In this document: positions 38,220 through 48,053 of the stretch, in pieces
Layout of the letters: every line of letters starts with the position of its first letter
Numbering within the stretch: the stretch's first letter is position 1
Virus record (IMG/VR): IMGVR_UViG_3300008255_000003
Coordinates: 1-64,000 of that record
Direction: 5' to 3' (one strand)
DNA: 64,000 bases
From: a virus
Made by a program: the position numbers and the translations under genes
Notes under the pieces: model-generated
The model's database searches: none
What the model saw: the letters and a program-made list of their open reading frames with translations, nothing else
Told to the model about the DNA's origin: nothing

Positions 38220-39713
38220 ATGTCTAAGCTGAGCATTATTGAGAGCTACTTCCTGAGCGAAGCCAGGTGGAAAAAGGAAGGCGTCACCCTTGAGGATGAC
38301 TATGGAAAGATTGCAGCCCTTGCTGGTGAGGGTCATCACTATCTGAGCTTCACCGCCATTCCCAAGCTTGGGATTAACCCCCAGTCGAAATACAAGACCC
38401 CTTTAGGGATCTACACCTACGCTATGGCTGACGAGTGGTTCTGGAGGGCTTGGAATGAACACCAGTTCCCCTTCGTGGCAGACCAACCATTCGTTCAAGT
38501 CATGCGCGCGCGCAGTGAGTCTGGGCTTGTAGTCATCGAACGCGGCGGGGCACTATCTAAGGGCAAGTCTCTAATTCAGCGTGCCGTTAGTAAGTATGAG
38601 AAGATGATCGACACCGACGATGCTCACCGATATGCGAGCAAAGATGTTGAGCAGTATGACAGGCCTTGGATCAACTCTGTAAAGGGTGATGCCGCCCTAT
38701 TTAGGTGGTACTGGTCTTTCACGCGTTATCTTGCGATTGGTGATAAGGGTGGCAGTAATCGCCTTGCATGGATCTCACTATGGGGCAAGATCATGATGAA
38801 TGATGGTGTCATGATCATTGAGGACCGTGGTACGGGTACAATTCATCAGAATGAGCCTCACCAAGCTGTCGTCTTGTCGATGGCAGCGGTCGATCACGTC
38901 CTCCAAGCCCAGAACCCACTCAATGATGCTAAGGTTAAAGCACCTGTAAGGGGTGTTAAGCGCGAAGGTCGCAACTATAACAAGTTTAAGTCTGAAATCG
39001 CTGTTCACCTTGAGGCGTTCAGGCGTGGTGCTAGCGTCATCGACCAGATGGGTGTGGGCGAACGTCAGATTGATAGTATGCTCACTGAGGCTTACAGGAC
39101 GGCTAAGTTAACACCAGCAGGGCTCAAGAAAGCCTTTTATAAGGATGACGTCAGTGGCTTTGTGCCATCTGGGGTTTTTGAGTTTGAGCGTGAGGCAATG
39201 GGTAGTCTTGCAGATGGGCTTGAGCTTGGTGGTGATCTGGCTAAAACTTGGCTACTTGGTGAAGGTGCGATAGGTACTGAAAAGCGCCTGTCTCTTATAT
39301 TTTCACCAAAGGTCATCGTCGGTTATGACACTTTCGAGTTTAGATATTCCGACATATTCAAGCGCGGCGCCCCCATCCCACCAGATGTTAATTCATACTT
39401 TAGTGTTGAGGTGGGCAAGCTGCGCTTTAACTCTTCTAAGATCCACGTCGGGAACATCTACGGCATAGGTCTGACAAGTAACGTATCCAAGCTTAGCCTT
39501 GTGAATTGCGAGATTAGCATCACCAAAGAAGACCTTATGGAGCTTGGTGATTTTGATGCCGCTGAGGTTAAAGGCGCGATCTCCAATCCTAAGATCTTGG
39601 AAGCCGTCATGAAGGTTATTCTCGCAGGTCAATTCGTGCGGGCAGCAAGGCCAGACGGCCCTGCGTCTGGCTTGAACCTAAGTTTGGTTAACTGCAAGTT
39701 TGAGGTGGTGTGA
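38220..39713 (+). CDS. ESY-leader family B protein, copy 2
   Basis: MSKLSIIESYFLSEARWKKEG; same conserved blocks; ends NCKFEVV*. Confidence 0.88.
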   Translation: MSKLSIIESYFLSEARWKKEGVTLEDDYGKIAALAGEGHHYLSFTAIPKLGINPQSKYKTPLGIYTYAMADEWFWRAWNEHQFPFVADQPFVQVMRARSESGLVVIERGGALSKGKSLIQRAVSKYEKMIDTDDAHRYASKDVEQYDRPWINSVKGDAALFRWYWSFTRYLAIGDKGGSNRLAWISLWGKIMMNDGVMIIEDRGTGTIHQNEPHQAVVLSMAAVDHVLQAQNPLNDAKVKAPVRGVKREGRNYNKFKSEIAVHLEAFRRGASVIDQMGVGERQIDSMLTEAYRTAKLTPAGLKKAFYKDDVSGFVPSGVFEFEREAMGSLADGLELGGDLAKTWLLGEGAIGTEKRLSLIFSPKVIVGYDTFEFRYSDIFKRGAPIPPDVNSYFSVEVGKLRFNSSKIHVGNIYGIGLTSNVSKLSLVNCEISITKEDLMELGDFDAAEVKGAISNPKILEAVMKVILAGQFVRAARPDGPASGLNLSLVNCKFEVV

Positions 39714-41158
39714 TGTCTAAGTTAGATATGATCGAGAGCTACCTCCTCAGCGAGGCTCCACGCTGGAAGAAAGAAGGTGTAAGCCTTGAGAGTGACTACG
39801 CTAAGATCGCAGCTATGGCGGGCGACGGTCATCACTACTTAAGCTTCACCGCGATGCCCAAGCTTGGCATCAACCCGCAGTCCAAGCATGAGACGCCGCT
39901 CGGGATCTACACCTATGCAATGGCAGACCCTTGGTTTCAGAAGGTATGGGAGAATCAGCAGTTCCCCTTTGTTGCCGATCAGCCTTATGTTTAAGTCATG
40001 AAGGCTAAGAAAGAGTCAGACATCATCATCCTTGGTGAAAGCTCAATCATCCAAGGGGCGTCGCGCATTAGGACGCTTAACGATCAACACAAGCGCTACA
40101 TCGAGCAAGACTTTGTATTCGGTGAGGCCTTTAAAGAGTTCAAGTATAGGAGCTTACCTTGGGTTGATAGCGCCAGTGGTGGAGTGCGTGAGTTCAGGTG
40201 GTATTGGGCGTTCACCATGCAGCTATCTAAGATGATGAAGGCTGAGCGCCTGTCGTCTATCGCTTACTGGGGCAAGCGCATGATGGGCGATCGCATCATG
40301 ATCGTTGAAGATCGCGGTAGCGGCACCATCCATCATAATGAGCCCAACCAGGCCGTCATCTTGTCGATGGCGGCTGTTGATCATGTGATGCAAACGCAGA
40401 ACCCCCTCCGTGGTGCCAAGAGGCCATTCCCTGGCCACGGTACCCCCAAGTCAGGTCGAGCATTCCAGAGGGCCAAGTTACTCATCAGCGAGAAGATGCG
40501 AGTAATCAGGGACGCCGCGAAGGTGCTTAATGACCTCAAGAGCACCTTCGCACTCTCAGCTCAACTCTTTAAAGCTATGGATCTGGCTAAGAAGTCTGAC
40601 ACTGAGATCATCTCAAGCATCTCCACTGCGGCTGGGATTGATACTGAGAGTAAGACCTTTGGGGATATTGATGACCTTTATTTTACGCTGGGCAAACTTG
40701 TGGCGTTCTGGAATAGCAACACTGAGCTATCGGACATCTTCTTGCGCGGTAAGGATGCTCAGTACGTTGGTGGGTTTATTGATAATGTTGTCGATCTTGT
40801 CTTTATCGAGTTTGATGACATCACGCTGGAGCGAGTGAATATCTTTAACAGCCTTAATGACTTGGAAGGCCTGTCTGGTGTGATGCTTGGCTTTATGAAC
40901 ATGACCATTAGGGATTGCGTTATAGACTTGAATGCACTTCAAGACCTCGCTCTCACCGAGCCCACTAAGAGGCTTGTGTTTGATCGGTGTCGTTTCAAGC
41001 TCAAGGCTATCCCAAGTATTGCGGCTGGTACAACCCAACCCAACGAGAGTCAGTTGCGCGAGATCTCAAAGATCTTTGTTGGCGAAGTCAACGGCACCAA
41101 ATATCGAGATGGAATCAGGCCAGCATTCTTCAAGGATTGCACCTTCGACGTTACCTGA
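39713..41158 (+). pseudogene. ESY-leader family B, copy 3, interrupted by in-frame TAA
   Basis: ORFs 39710-39994 and 39998-41158 share a frame; TAA at 39992-39994 sits where paralogues have CAA/CAG Gln (QP.VQVM). Confidence 0.85.
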
Positions 41159-41177
41159 ACATGCAACCGTTGCACGT

Positions 41178-41846
41178 CTAGGCCTGTATCTCTTGCTCTG
41201 ACGCGATGAGCGCATCAAAGTCTTCAAGCTCAAGCGGCTTCTTGTATTCTATCTGCCCAAAGGCATCCTCAACGTCTTGGTGCGCCCTGGCTATCTCAAG
41301 CGTGATCCTTTCAAACTGATAAGACCTAACACCCATGACTCGCTCAAGGATGATACTGGTGAGCGATGCCAGACCTACTATGGATAGCGCCACTGCTAAT
41401 GGTCCAATGGAGTAACCAACAAAAGCCGTTAGGATCATCGCCATAGACATTAAGCACATCACACCGAGTAGCACTGAGGTTAAGCGCTTGAGGCGGTCAG
41501 ACTTATGTTGAGCCTCTTCTAGCCTTCTGGAGTTCTCTCTAAAGATGTCTAGCGATGCTTGTTTGGCGCGCGCCATTTCACGCTCAAGCGCGCGCCTCAC
41601 CTCTCTTTCAAGCTCAGCGCCTTTAGAGGTGTCTTTCATAATCCTACGCTCAACCAGATCTGGAGGTGGTGTAAATCTCTTGATCTCCATCATCTCAGAC
41701 TCTCGCCATCCAACACTTTTGCGCGCGACGGGTTTGATGCTTGCTGTGATCTTGAGATCGTTACCATCGAACTTTTTAAGCAGGATGTCATCGAGCGGCT
41801 CTCCGCGCTGATCGGCAAGAGCCTTGACTAGGTGCTTGAGTCTCAT
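41178..41846 (-). CDS. Membrane protein with coiled coil and two TM helices
   Basis: LTSVLLGVMCLMSMAMILTAFVGY / LAVALSIVGLASLTSII. Confidence 0.7.
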   Translation of the reverse strand: MRLKHLVKALADQRGEPLDDILLKKFDGNDLKITASIKPVARKSVGWRESEMMEIKRFTPPPDLVERRIMKDTSKGAELEREVRRALEREMARAKQASLDIFRENSRRLEEAQHKSDRLKRLTSVLLGVMCLMSMAMILTAFVGYSIGPLAVALSIVGLASLTSIILERVMGVRSYQFERITLEIARAHQDVEDAFGQIEYKKPLELEDFDALIASEQEIQA

Positions 41847-42781
41847 TTCAGCCTCACCAAGATGTCTGCCTGCGTTGTGATGACTTCTGATATGAATTTG
41901 GCGCTAAAATATTCTTGATAGCTTTGGCGATTTTGTTCAATGATTGCAGGTCCAACCAGCACATGATTCATGGCCTTCCTGATAGTGTCTTCGACGTCAC
42001 CAAGCGCAAGCTCTGTGATCATGCTAATCACAGATGGGCTTAGGAGTTCATGACTGTTGGCTTCGAGGTATTTTCTGGTTGCCTTGGATATGTTGTCTAG
42101 CTGCGCAAGGACCGTCATGTCAGACATGTTGAGTGGTATCTTCGAGGTGCGCACCACAAGGTCTGTACTGCCGCCAGACCTGTCATATAAATGCGCGCTT
42201 GCTTCGATCGACTCTTGGTCTGACAGCGCTTTGATTAGTGCAAGGCTGACGGTGGCGCCATGAAAGTCTTTGCAGTCTTTAACCCTGGCGAGATAGCCAG
42301 GCCTTAACACCCAAGTCAGATCGCCATCGATCATAAGCCTGGACAGTCGGATGTTCTGATTGAGCGCGACCTCTATGGTGATAAAGCCAAACCCAAAGAT
42401 CTTATCCAACTCAAAGAGGAGCGTCGCGGTGTCACCAGCATAGACCGTTGGCGGTATGTCGAAGCCTTCAGTGCTCATGATAAGGGTCATCTCATCCCTT
42501 ATCCTTATATGGTGCCTGGCTTTTTCGCTGGATAGTGATGACCCGTGATCATCGCGTTCATCTTTGAGCTTTACGACGTCACTCAATGGATCGGAGTGAA
42601 GCACATCAAAGCGATAGAGCGGCAGTTGAGCGCCCTTGAGGTGTCTTGAGCTGAGCGCCTCATGGTAGTCATCGAGGCTGTCTTGTACTTTGCAGATTGC
42701 CTTGTCTAGGTGCTTGTCGAATGCGGCTATACTCATGGTGTCATCATCTTGGTTGTTGGTTATAAGAAAGCGGCGGCTCAT
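41843..42781 (-). CDS. Hypothetical protein
   Basis: 312-aa ORF, coupled. Confidence 0.7.
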   Translation of the reverse strand: MSRRFLITNNQDDDTMSIAAFDKHLDKAICKVQDSLDDYHEALSSRHLKGAQLPLYRFDVLHSDPLSDVVKLKDERDDHGSSLSSEKARHHIRIRDEMTLIMSTEGFDIPPTVYAGDTATLLFELDKIFGFGFITIEVALNQNIRLSRLMIDGDLTWVLRPGYLARVKDCKDFHGATVSLALIKALSDQESIEASAHLYDRSGGSTDLVVRTSKIPLNMSDMTVLAQLDNISKATRKYLEANSHELLSPSVISMITELALGDVEDTIRKAMNHVLVGPAIIEQNRQSYQEYFSAKFISEVITTQADILVRLK

Positions 42782-42817
42782 TAGGCCGCCGACTCAACGC
42801 ACTATCACAGGCGCTTG

Positions 42818-43507
42818 TTACTTCATCCAGATGTCAGAAGCCTTAAGCGTCTCGACATACTCTCTTCGATAAGCCTTGGTGTTGAGCCCTTCAAAGCTTT
42901 GAAAGATCTCTTCACCGTTACTGTCAGTGAGTTTGAAGTAGGTCAGGCCAGCCGCTACTGCTAGCGCGATGTTGACCTTAGCCTCATCCCCAGCGATGAC
43001 CTTGAGAATCTCAATGTGGTCACTTCGCTTAGCTTCCTTGATCGTGAGGTTGAGCTTGTAGACCAGCCCCCCATTCTCAATCTTGCCGATGATCTTGCCA
43101 CCGTGTGTGAGGTTGATGTCTGTGAGGCGCGACTTAAGCTCTGCGGCGTGGTGTTCAGCGATTTCATCAAGGGTGAAGTTGGAGTAGCGTTTCTTGAGCC
43201 CCACGGACATCTTTACGGCCTGTTTAGAGATGCTTGGCCTCACATCATCCATTTCATCCATATAGTCCACCGAGTTGAGCAGTCGCCCCAGTGACGGTGC
43301 CGTCTCTTTGCACTCGTAGGAGGTGATGTTCATGTCCTCAATCTTCTTGAGGTTTTCGATGATGATCATCACCTTCTCTTCATTCTCATTAAGGCTGGGC
43401 TCATAGTTATAGATGGCGATGCTGGATAGCATCACAACAGCCACAGAGATAACTATCGCGATAAACACCTTGTTCTCTTTCATCCTCAACCTCTTATGAG
43501 TTTCCAA
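42818..43507 (-). CDS. Protein with N-terminal signal/anchor helix
   Basis: MKENKVFIAIVISVAVVMLSSIAIY. Confidence 0.65.
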   Translation of the reverse strand: METHKRLRMKENKVFIAIVISVAVVMLSSIAIYNYEPSLNENEEKVMIIIENLKKIEDMNITSYECKETAPSLGRLLNSVDYMDEMDDVRPSISKQAVKMSVGLKKRYSNFTLDEIAEHHAAELKSRLTDINLTHGGKIIGKIENGGLVYKLNLTIKEAKRSDHIEILKVIAGDEAKVNIALAVAAGLTYFKLTDSNGEEIFQSFEGLNTKAYRREYVETLKASDIWMK

Positions 43508-43539
43508 GTGAAAGGGCTACCACACAGTAGCCCTGATTC

Positions 43540-44390
43540 ATTGACGTTAAACTACTCGGCCCAAACCTGCAACGGTTGCATCCCTACTTCACAGCCTCAC
43601 GACATCCTAGACACTTTCCGAGCACAGCTTACGGCGGCACTCACTCACTAACCTCTAAATCCCTTATATCATCCCTTATTAAATCCAACCAAATCAACTC
43701 CAGAATCAACTTTTACCTCACACCATAACTTTCCCTACTCCATAGAATGCCACCCATCCGACATTCACACTTCAAACATCCCCAAGACCACATCAAATGA
43801 TCATCACTTTCAACCCCTATAAAAACACCCACTCTTCATAGACCCCCTCAACCAACCCCCCTTCATGGTGCATAACCACCCCATACATCCTATGGTGCAA
43901 TACATCGTATAGAACATCATCCCTTACCCATACTGACACCGTAGTGAGTTACGTCTGCACCATAACGAGTGACGATTACACCATAAGGCCTCTATGGTGC
44001 ATGATGACGGGAAAAGACATTTCGCTCCGCACCCCCACCCCCCTTTGAAAAAACTCAGGGGGGAGCTGCTCTGTTTTTTTTCCCAAGCACCATTGGGGGA
44101 TTTTTCAAAAGGGGCAGGGTGTGTCCCTATGGTGGAGGCATAGAGTCCTATGGTGGAGGCATAGAGTCCTATGGTGGAGGCATAGAGTCCTATGGTGGAG
44201 GCATAGAGTCCTATGGTGGCGGGAGGGGGTCGCGCGAGGGGAGTGACCTGTGGTGGTGGGGGTATGAGTGTACGGGGAGTGTGCGGGGGTCAATGTCAGA
44301 CGTGCAACCGTTGCATGTTGGAATGATGGGGGTCGGTGTTAGAATGGGGTTCGTGGCGAGATGTAAACAACGCACCATAGAGAGGTATGG
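43540..44390. other. Origin-like non-coding region at a transcription divergence point
   Basis: C/A-rich + strand to ~44045 switching to G/T-rich after ~44110; inverted repeat at the switch; 11 exact TATGGTG/CACCATA copies; dyads at 43566 and 44301. Confidence 0.55.
44126..44219 (+). repeat. 21-bp tandem repeat CCTATGGTGGAGGCATAGAGT x4.5
   Basis: Identical units at 44126, 44147, 44168, 44189 and a 10-bp partial at 44210; no spacers. Confidence 0.97.
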
Positions 44391-44391
44391 G

Positions 44392-45843
44392 ATGGGCAGT
44401 TTGGAGTTGGTCGAGCAGTATGTGATGGGAGAGGCGGCAAGGTGGAAAAAGGAGGGGGTTGGGCTTGTCTCACCGTATGAGGAGGTGAAGCAGTATATGA
44501 AGCCTGGTTACTTCCTGAGCTTCACTGCGCTGCCTAAGCTAGGCATGAATCCTAGATCGTCATACAAGACGCCTTTAGCGCTCTACACCTACTATATGGG
44601 GAGTGAGTATTTTAAGACCGCTTGGGAGAATCAGAAGTTCCCCTACCAGACGCAGCAGCCTTATGTCCAAATCATGAAGATTCGATCACCACCAAATATC
44701 GTGACGTTTGGAAACGGCAGGGTTGAGAATGATCATCTAATCGTGAAGGCTTTGGGGCGGTACAGGGAGAAGGCGCGTACAAGTCAGGTTCATGCCAATG
44801 CAATCGCATTGGCAAACCCGGACAGTGATCCCTGAATTGACTTATCTAGTGATGACGTCAGGCTGGTGCGTTATTACTGGGCGATAACAAAAGCGCTCGC
44901 GGCAGGCTCAATAGCACGCTGGGGTAAGCTGATGATGGATGATGGCATCATGGGCCTTAACGATATGGGGTCCGGCACCATCCATACGAACGAGCCTCAC
45001 CAAGCGGCGTTCTTTTCAATGCAAGCCGTGGATCATGTCACTCAACTTAACAATCCACTTGCAGGGGCGCTGCCTGACTTCAATGCCCAAGGTCTAGGGC
45101 CAGGGAGTTCTCAGAAATACTTTAAAGGTGTTCATAACAAGCTGAGGTTGTTAGTTAAGCTTGTCATTAAGCTTATGAATGAAATTGGCGTAAACCATAA
45201 GCTTAGTCAGAGTTTTATGGAGCTTGCTGGTGCTTCTGAGCTTAGTCTAGGTGACTTCGTAACTAAGGTTGCAGATCTCAATAACCCAAGCGGGTATAAT
45301 GAAGACTTTGAAGTAACGCTCGGTCTTTTTGACATCAAGGTGATTAAAGCTGCTGTTAAGGCGATCAAGCCGCACATCAATCAGATCGAGCCATTCCTTA
45401 AAGGTGCCAGGTTCACCACGAGCTGGCCTGGGAACAAGCTTAGCTTCCACGTTAATGACGTTAAGCTCTTGAGGTCTGACTACTTCAATATGCCAACGCG
45501 GCGAGAGTCAATTAATGACAATGTAGAGCTGTTTGTAAGGCAGATGAATCTGGTGGATAGTGTGATCACGCTAAACAGAATGCCCAACGCTCAAGACCTT
45601 GGGTTCATGTTTCCACCGTCATTTAGCTTTAGCAAGTGCATCATTAGGGCGACGATGGCGGAGTGGGATAAGATGCTCGGAACGGGCGGGGGTCAGATGA
45701 TTAAGGATGGCGTACCCCTTGCCAATCTGACACCTTTAACTAAGGCCATGTCTGAGCGACTAGACATGTCATTCTTAAACTCTAAGCGAATTGCGAAGCC
45801 AAATGACTTTCAGTTCTCCGACTGTAAGTTTGAGGTGATTTAA
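44392..45843 (+). pseudogene. ESY-leader family B, copy 4, interrupted by in-frame TGA
   Basis: MGSLELVEQYVMGEAARWKKEG from ATG 44392; TGA 44833-44835 at the Trp of PW(I/V)(N/D); the same frame continues to SDCKFEVI*. Confidence 0.85.
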
Positions 45844-45885
45844 TCATCACGCACGCAACGGTTGCATGTCATAAGGAATCCGACT

Positions 45886-46101
45886 ATGACTAAAAGTAAG
45901 AGAGAGATCTCGTCCAAAGATCCAAGGATAGAGATCGCGTGTGAGATTGAGAATATGGTGATGGTTGGTTTTTCCAGCGCCGAGTTGGCACCTAGTGATG
46001 AGCAGGGTTGGAATGTCGTAATGCTTATAGGTAGCGACGGCAAAAGATATAAAGTTACAGTCACAAGAGTTAACGAGAAGAGGGGTATGTCTGATGTCTA
46101 A
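45886..46101 (+). CDS. Small hypothetical protein
   Basis: AAGGA RBS, ATG 45886. Confidence 0.55.
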   Translation: MTKSKREISSKDPRIEIACEIENMVMVGFSSAELAPSDEQGWNVVMLIGSDGKRYKVTVTRVNEKRGMSDV

Positions 46102-47671
46102 GATTAAGGTGATAGAGCAGTACATGATCGGTGAGGCTGCTCGGTGGAAGAAAGAGGGTGCTGAGATCTTATCCCCCAAGGATGAGGTATCTTCATATAT
46201 AGGGGATGGTAAGGGCTATCACCTATTGAGCTTCACTGGTCTGCCCAAGCTCGGGATGAATCCCAAGTCGCACTACAACACCCCGCTCGGGATCTACACA
46301 TATTCTATGGTGGACCCTTGGTTTGAGAAGCAGTGGGAAGATCAGGACTTCCCCTTCGCGTCCGACCAGCCTTACATTCAGATCATGCGTCTAAGGTCTG
46401 AGCGCGGCCTTGTGGTGTTTAGCAACTCTGGCATCAGCATGGGGGGCTCGTTAATCAGCTCGCTCAATAAGAAGTATCAGAAGCTAATCACCCAGGGTGA
46501 TAATCGAGCGGTCGGTGCCCATAAGATGATGCTTCGTGGGAGTGAGTATTGGATTAATGAAGTAGCTGGAGGTGCTCGGGAAGTGCGCTGGTACTGGGCA
46601 TTCACTCAACATTACGCGAGCCTCATTGAGGGTGAGTCTGGCAAGCCTGTCAGGGATTGGAAGCACCCTGGTCATATTCATAACAACGCGGCGTCTATCG
46701 CGGTGTGGTCTAAGGTCATGGTTGATGATGGTATCGTCGCCTTCGATGATAGGGGGACAGGAACCATTCACCCTGACGAGCCGCATCAGGCAGTCGTGCT
46801 TACCATGAAGGCTGTGCAGCATGTCGCGCAGATCTTGAATCCTGTTGGCGGTGCAAGTCAGAAGCTCTTTAAGCGTGGCGTAAAGCGTCAGGGTAGGATG
46901 ATCAACATCTTCACCAAGTGGGCTGTTGAGACTCGCAAGGCGTTTGAGGAGGCCTACGATAGGGTTGAGAAACTGTCGAAGTATGATGAGATCTCAAACC
47001 TTGGGGCCATGTTGTTGATCAGGAATTTCCTTGAGAATAGTGATGAGGACAATATAAAGGGCGTCACCAACCAAGGTATGACAGACTTTGAGAGCAATAA
47101 AATGCAGATAATCAACGCCACCCTGGCCTTGCACGAGAGGGTTGAGCTGGCCTTGGACATGGCTGGTGATAATAGGCTGCTGCGCGCCATTCTCTATGGC
47201 GAGAGTGCGCAGAGGATAAGGGCAAGCCTTAATATGGTGATAGCCTCTACAATGCTTGATCTCACCATAGATGAGTTTGTGGTGCAGGGCTCTACCATGC
47301 TTGAATCGCCTAGCAATGTGAGCGCTGGGCTGGCTGACCAGTTTGGCATAAGCATCACGGCTAGCATCTGGAATCTTAGGTTTAAGAGGATGGAAGTTAA
47401 CGTAGAGTCTTTTGGTGCTTTAAAGGGTCTTTTGACGGGCATGTCAAAAGACATGAATCACTTTATCTTCGAGGGCTGCGACATCAAAGTGCCGAAGCTG
47501 GACTTCACGCTTGCGACTAATATTGAGCTTGGTGATGATGAGCTTGAGAACGAAGAGTTCTTCGCGGTGCTTTTTAAAGACTACTTCATTAAGGACATGC
47601 CTAGGATCTTGGGCATCAGCGGCAAACCACTGTCTGTTGAGGTTAAGGACTGTACTTTCGAGTTGGTCTGA
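46094..47671 (+). CDS. ESY-leader family B protein, copy 5
   Basis: MSKIKVIEQYMIGEAARWKKEG; conserved blocks; ends KDCTFELV*. Confidence 0.88.
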   Translation: MSKIKVIEQYMIGEAARWKKEGAEILSPKDEVSSYIGDGKGYHLLSFTGLPKLGMNPKSHYNTPLGIYTYSMVDPWFEKQWEDQDFPFASDQPYIQIMRLRSERGLVVFSNSGISMGGSLISSLNKKYQKLITQGDNRAVGAHKMMLRGSEYWINEVAGGAREVRWYWAFTQHYASLIEGESGKPVRDWKHPGHIHNNAASIAVWSKVMVDDGIVAFDDRGTGTIHPDEPHQAVVLTMKAVQHVAQILNPVGGASQKLFKRGVKRQGRMINIFTKWAVETRKAFEEAYDRVEKLSKYDEISNLGAMLLIRNFLENSDEDNIKGVTNQGMTDFESNKMQIINATLALHERVELALDMAGDNRLLRAILYGESAQRIRASLNMVIASTMLDLTIDEFVVQGSTMLESPSNVSAGLADQFGISITASIWNLRFKRMEVNVESFGALKGLLTGMSKDMNHFIFEGCDIKVPKLDFTLATNIELGDDELENEEFFAVLFKDYFIKDMPRILGISGKPLSVEVKDCTFELV

Positions 47672-47750
47672 TAAGATGCAACGGTTGCATGTTTGATATA
47701 GGTTGTGTTCTTATCAATGCGGGTCTGATGTTGTGTCAGACCCGTAAACT

Positions 47751-47933
47751 TTGGAGGTTAGTGATATGGAATGGAACGAGCGCGAGAATCTTGTTGCGGC
47801 TCTAACCAAGCAAGATAAGAAGGGCTTTATCACCATAGATGAGACGCTGCATGTTGGTGGTGGCTTCAATATGGGAAGCCTTGAGGAGGTCGAGGTTAAG
47901 ATCAGGACGCATATCGCAAAGAATAGGGCCTGA
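47751..47933 (+). CDS. Small hypothetical protein between two dyads
   Basis: GGAGG RBS; stop 2 nt before dyad 47936. Confidence 0.5.
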   Translation: MEVSDMEWNERENLVAALTKQDKKGFITIDETLHVGGGFNMGSLEEVEVKIRTHIAKNRA

Positions 47934-48053
47934 AACACGCAACCGTTGCATGTCTAAAATATGGCTTGCGCGGCTCATGCTTCTGGGTTTAGTCTTCTTG
48001 TGTTGCCGGGCGCGTTGTTAAACGTCCGGCTTGGACTTCAAGTGAGGTAGGTA

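Noticed and set aside
44126-44219. CRISPR array
   Set aside because: Units are head-to-tail with no spacers; no cas genes seen.
44119-44391. YGGGIES-repeat N-terminal extension of the ORF at 44119
   Set aside because: It is a translation of the 21-bp DNA repeat; the family leader and RBS place the start at 44392.
39992-44835. Alternative genetic code (TGA=Trp or TAA=Gln)
   Set aside because: TGA and TAA both end many clearly bounded genes, often in ATGA/TGATG overlaps (e.g. 1200, 3440, 817, 6228). Two isolated in-frame stops of different types do not support recoding.
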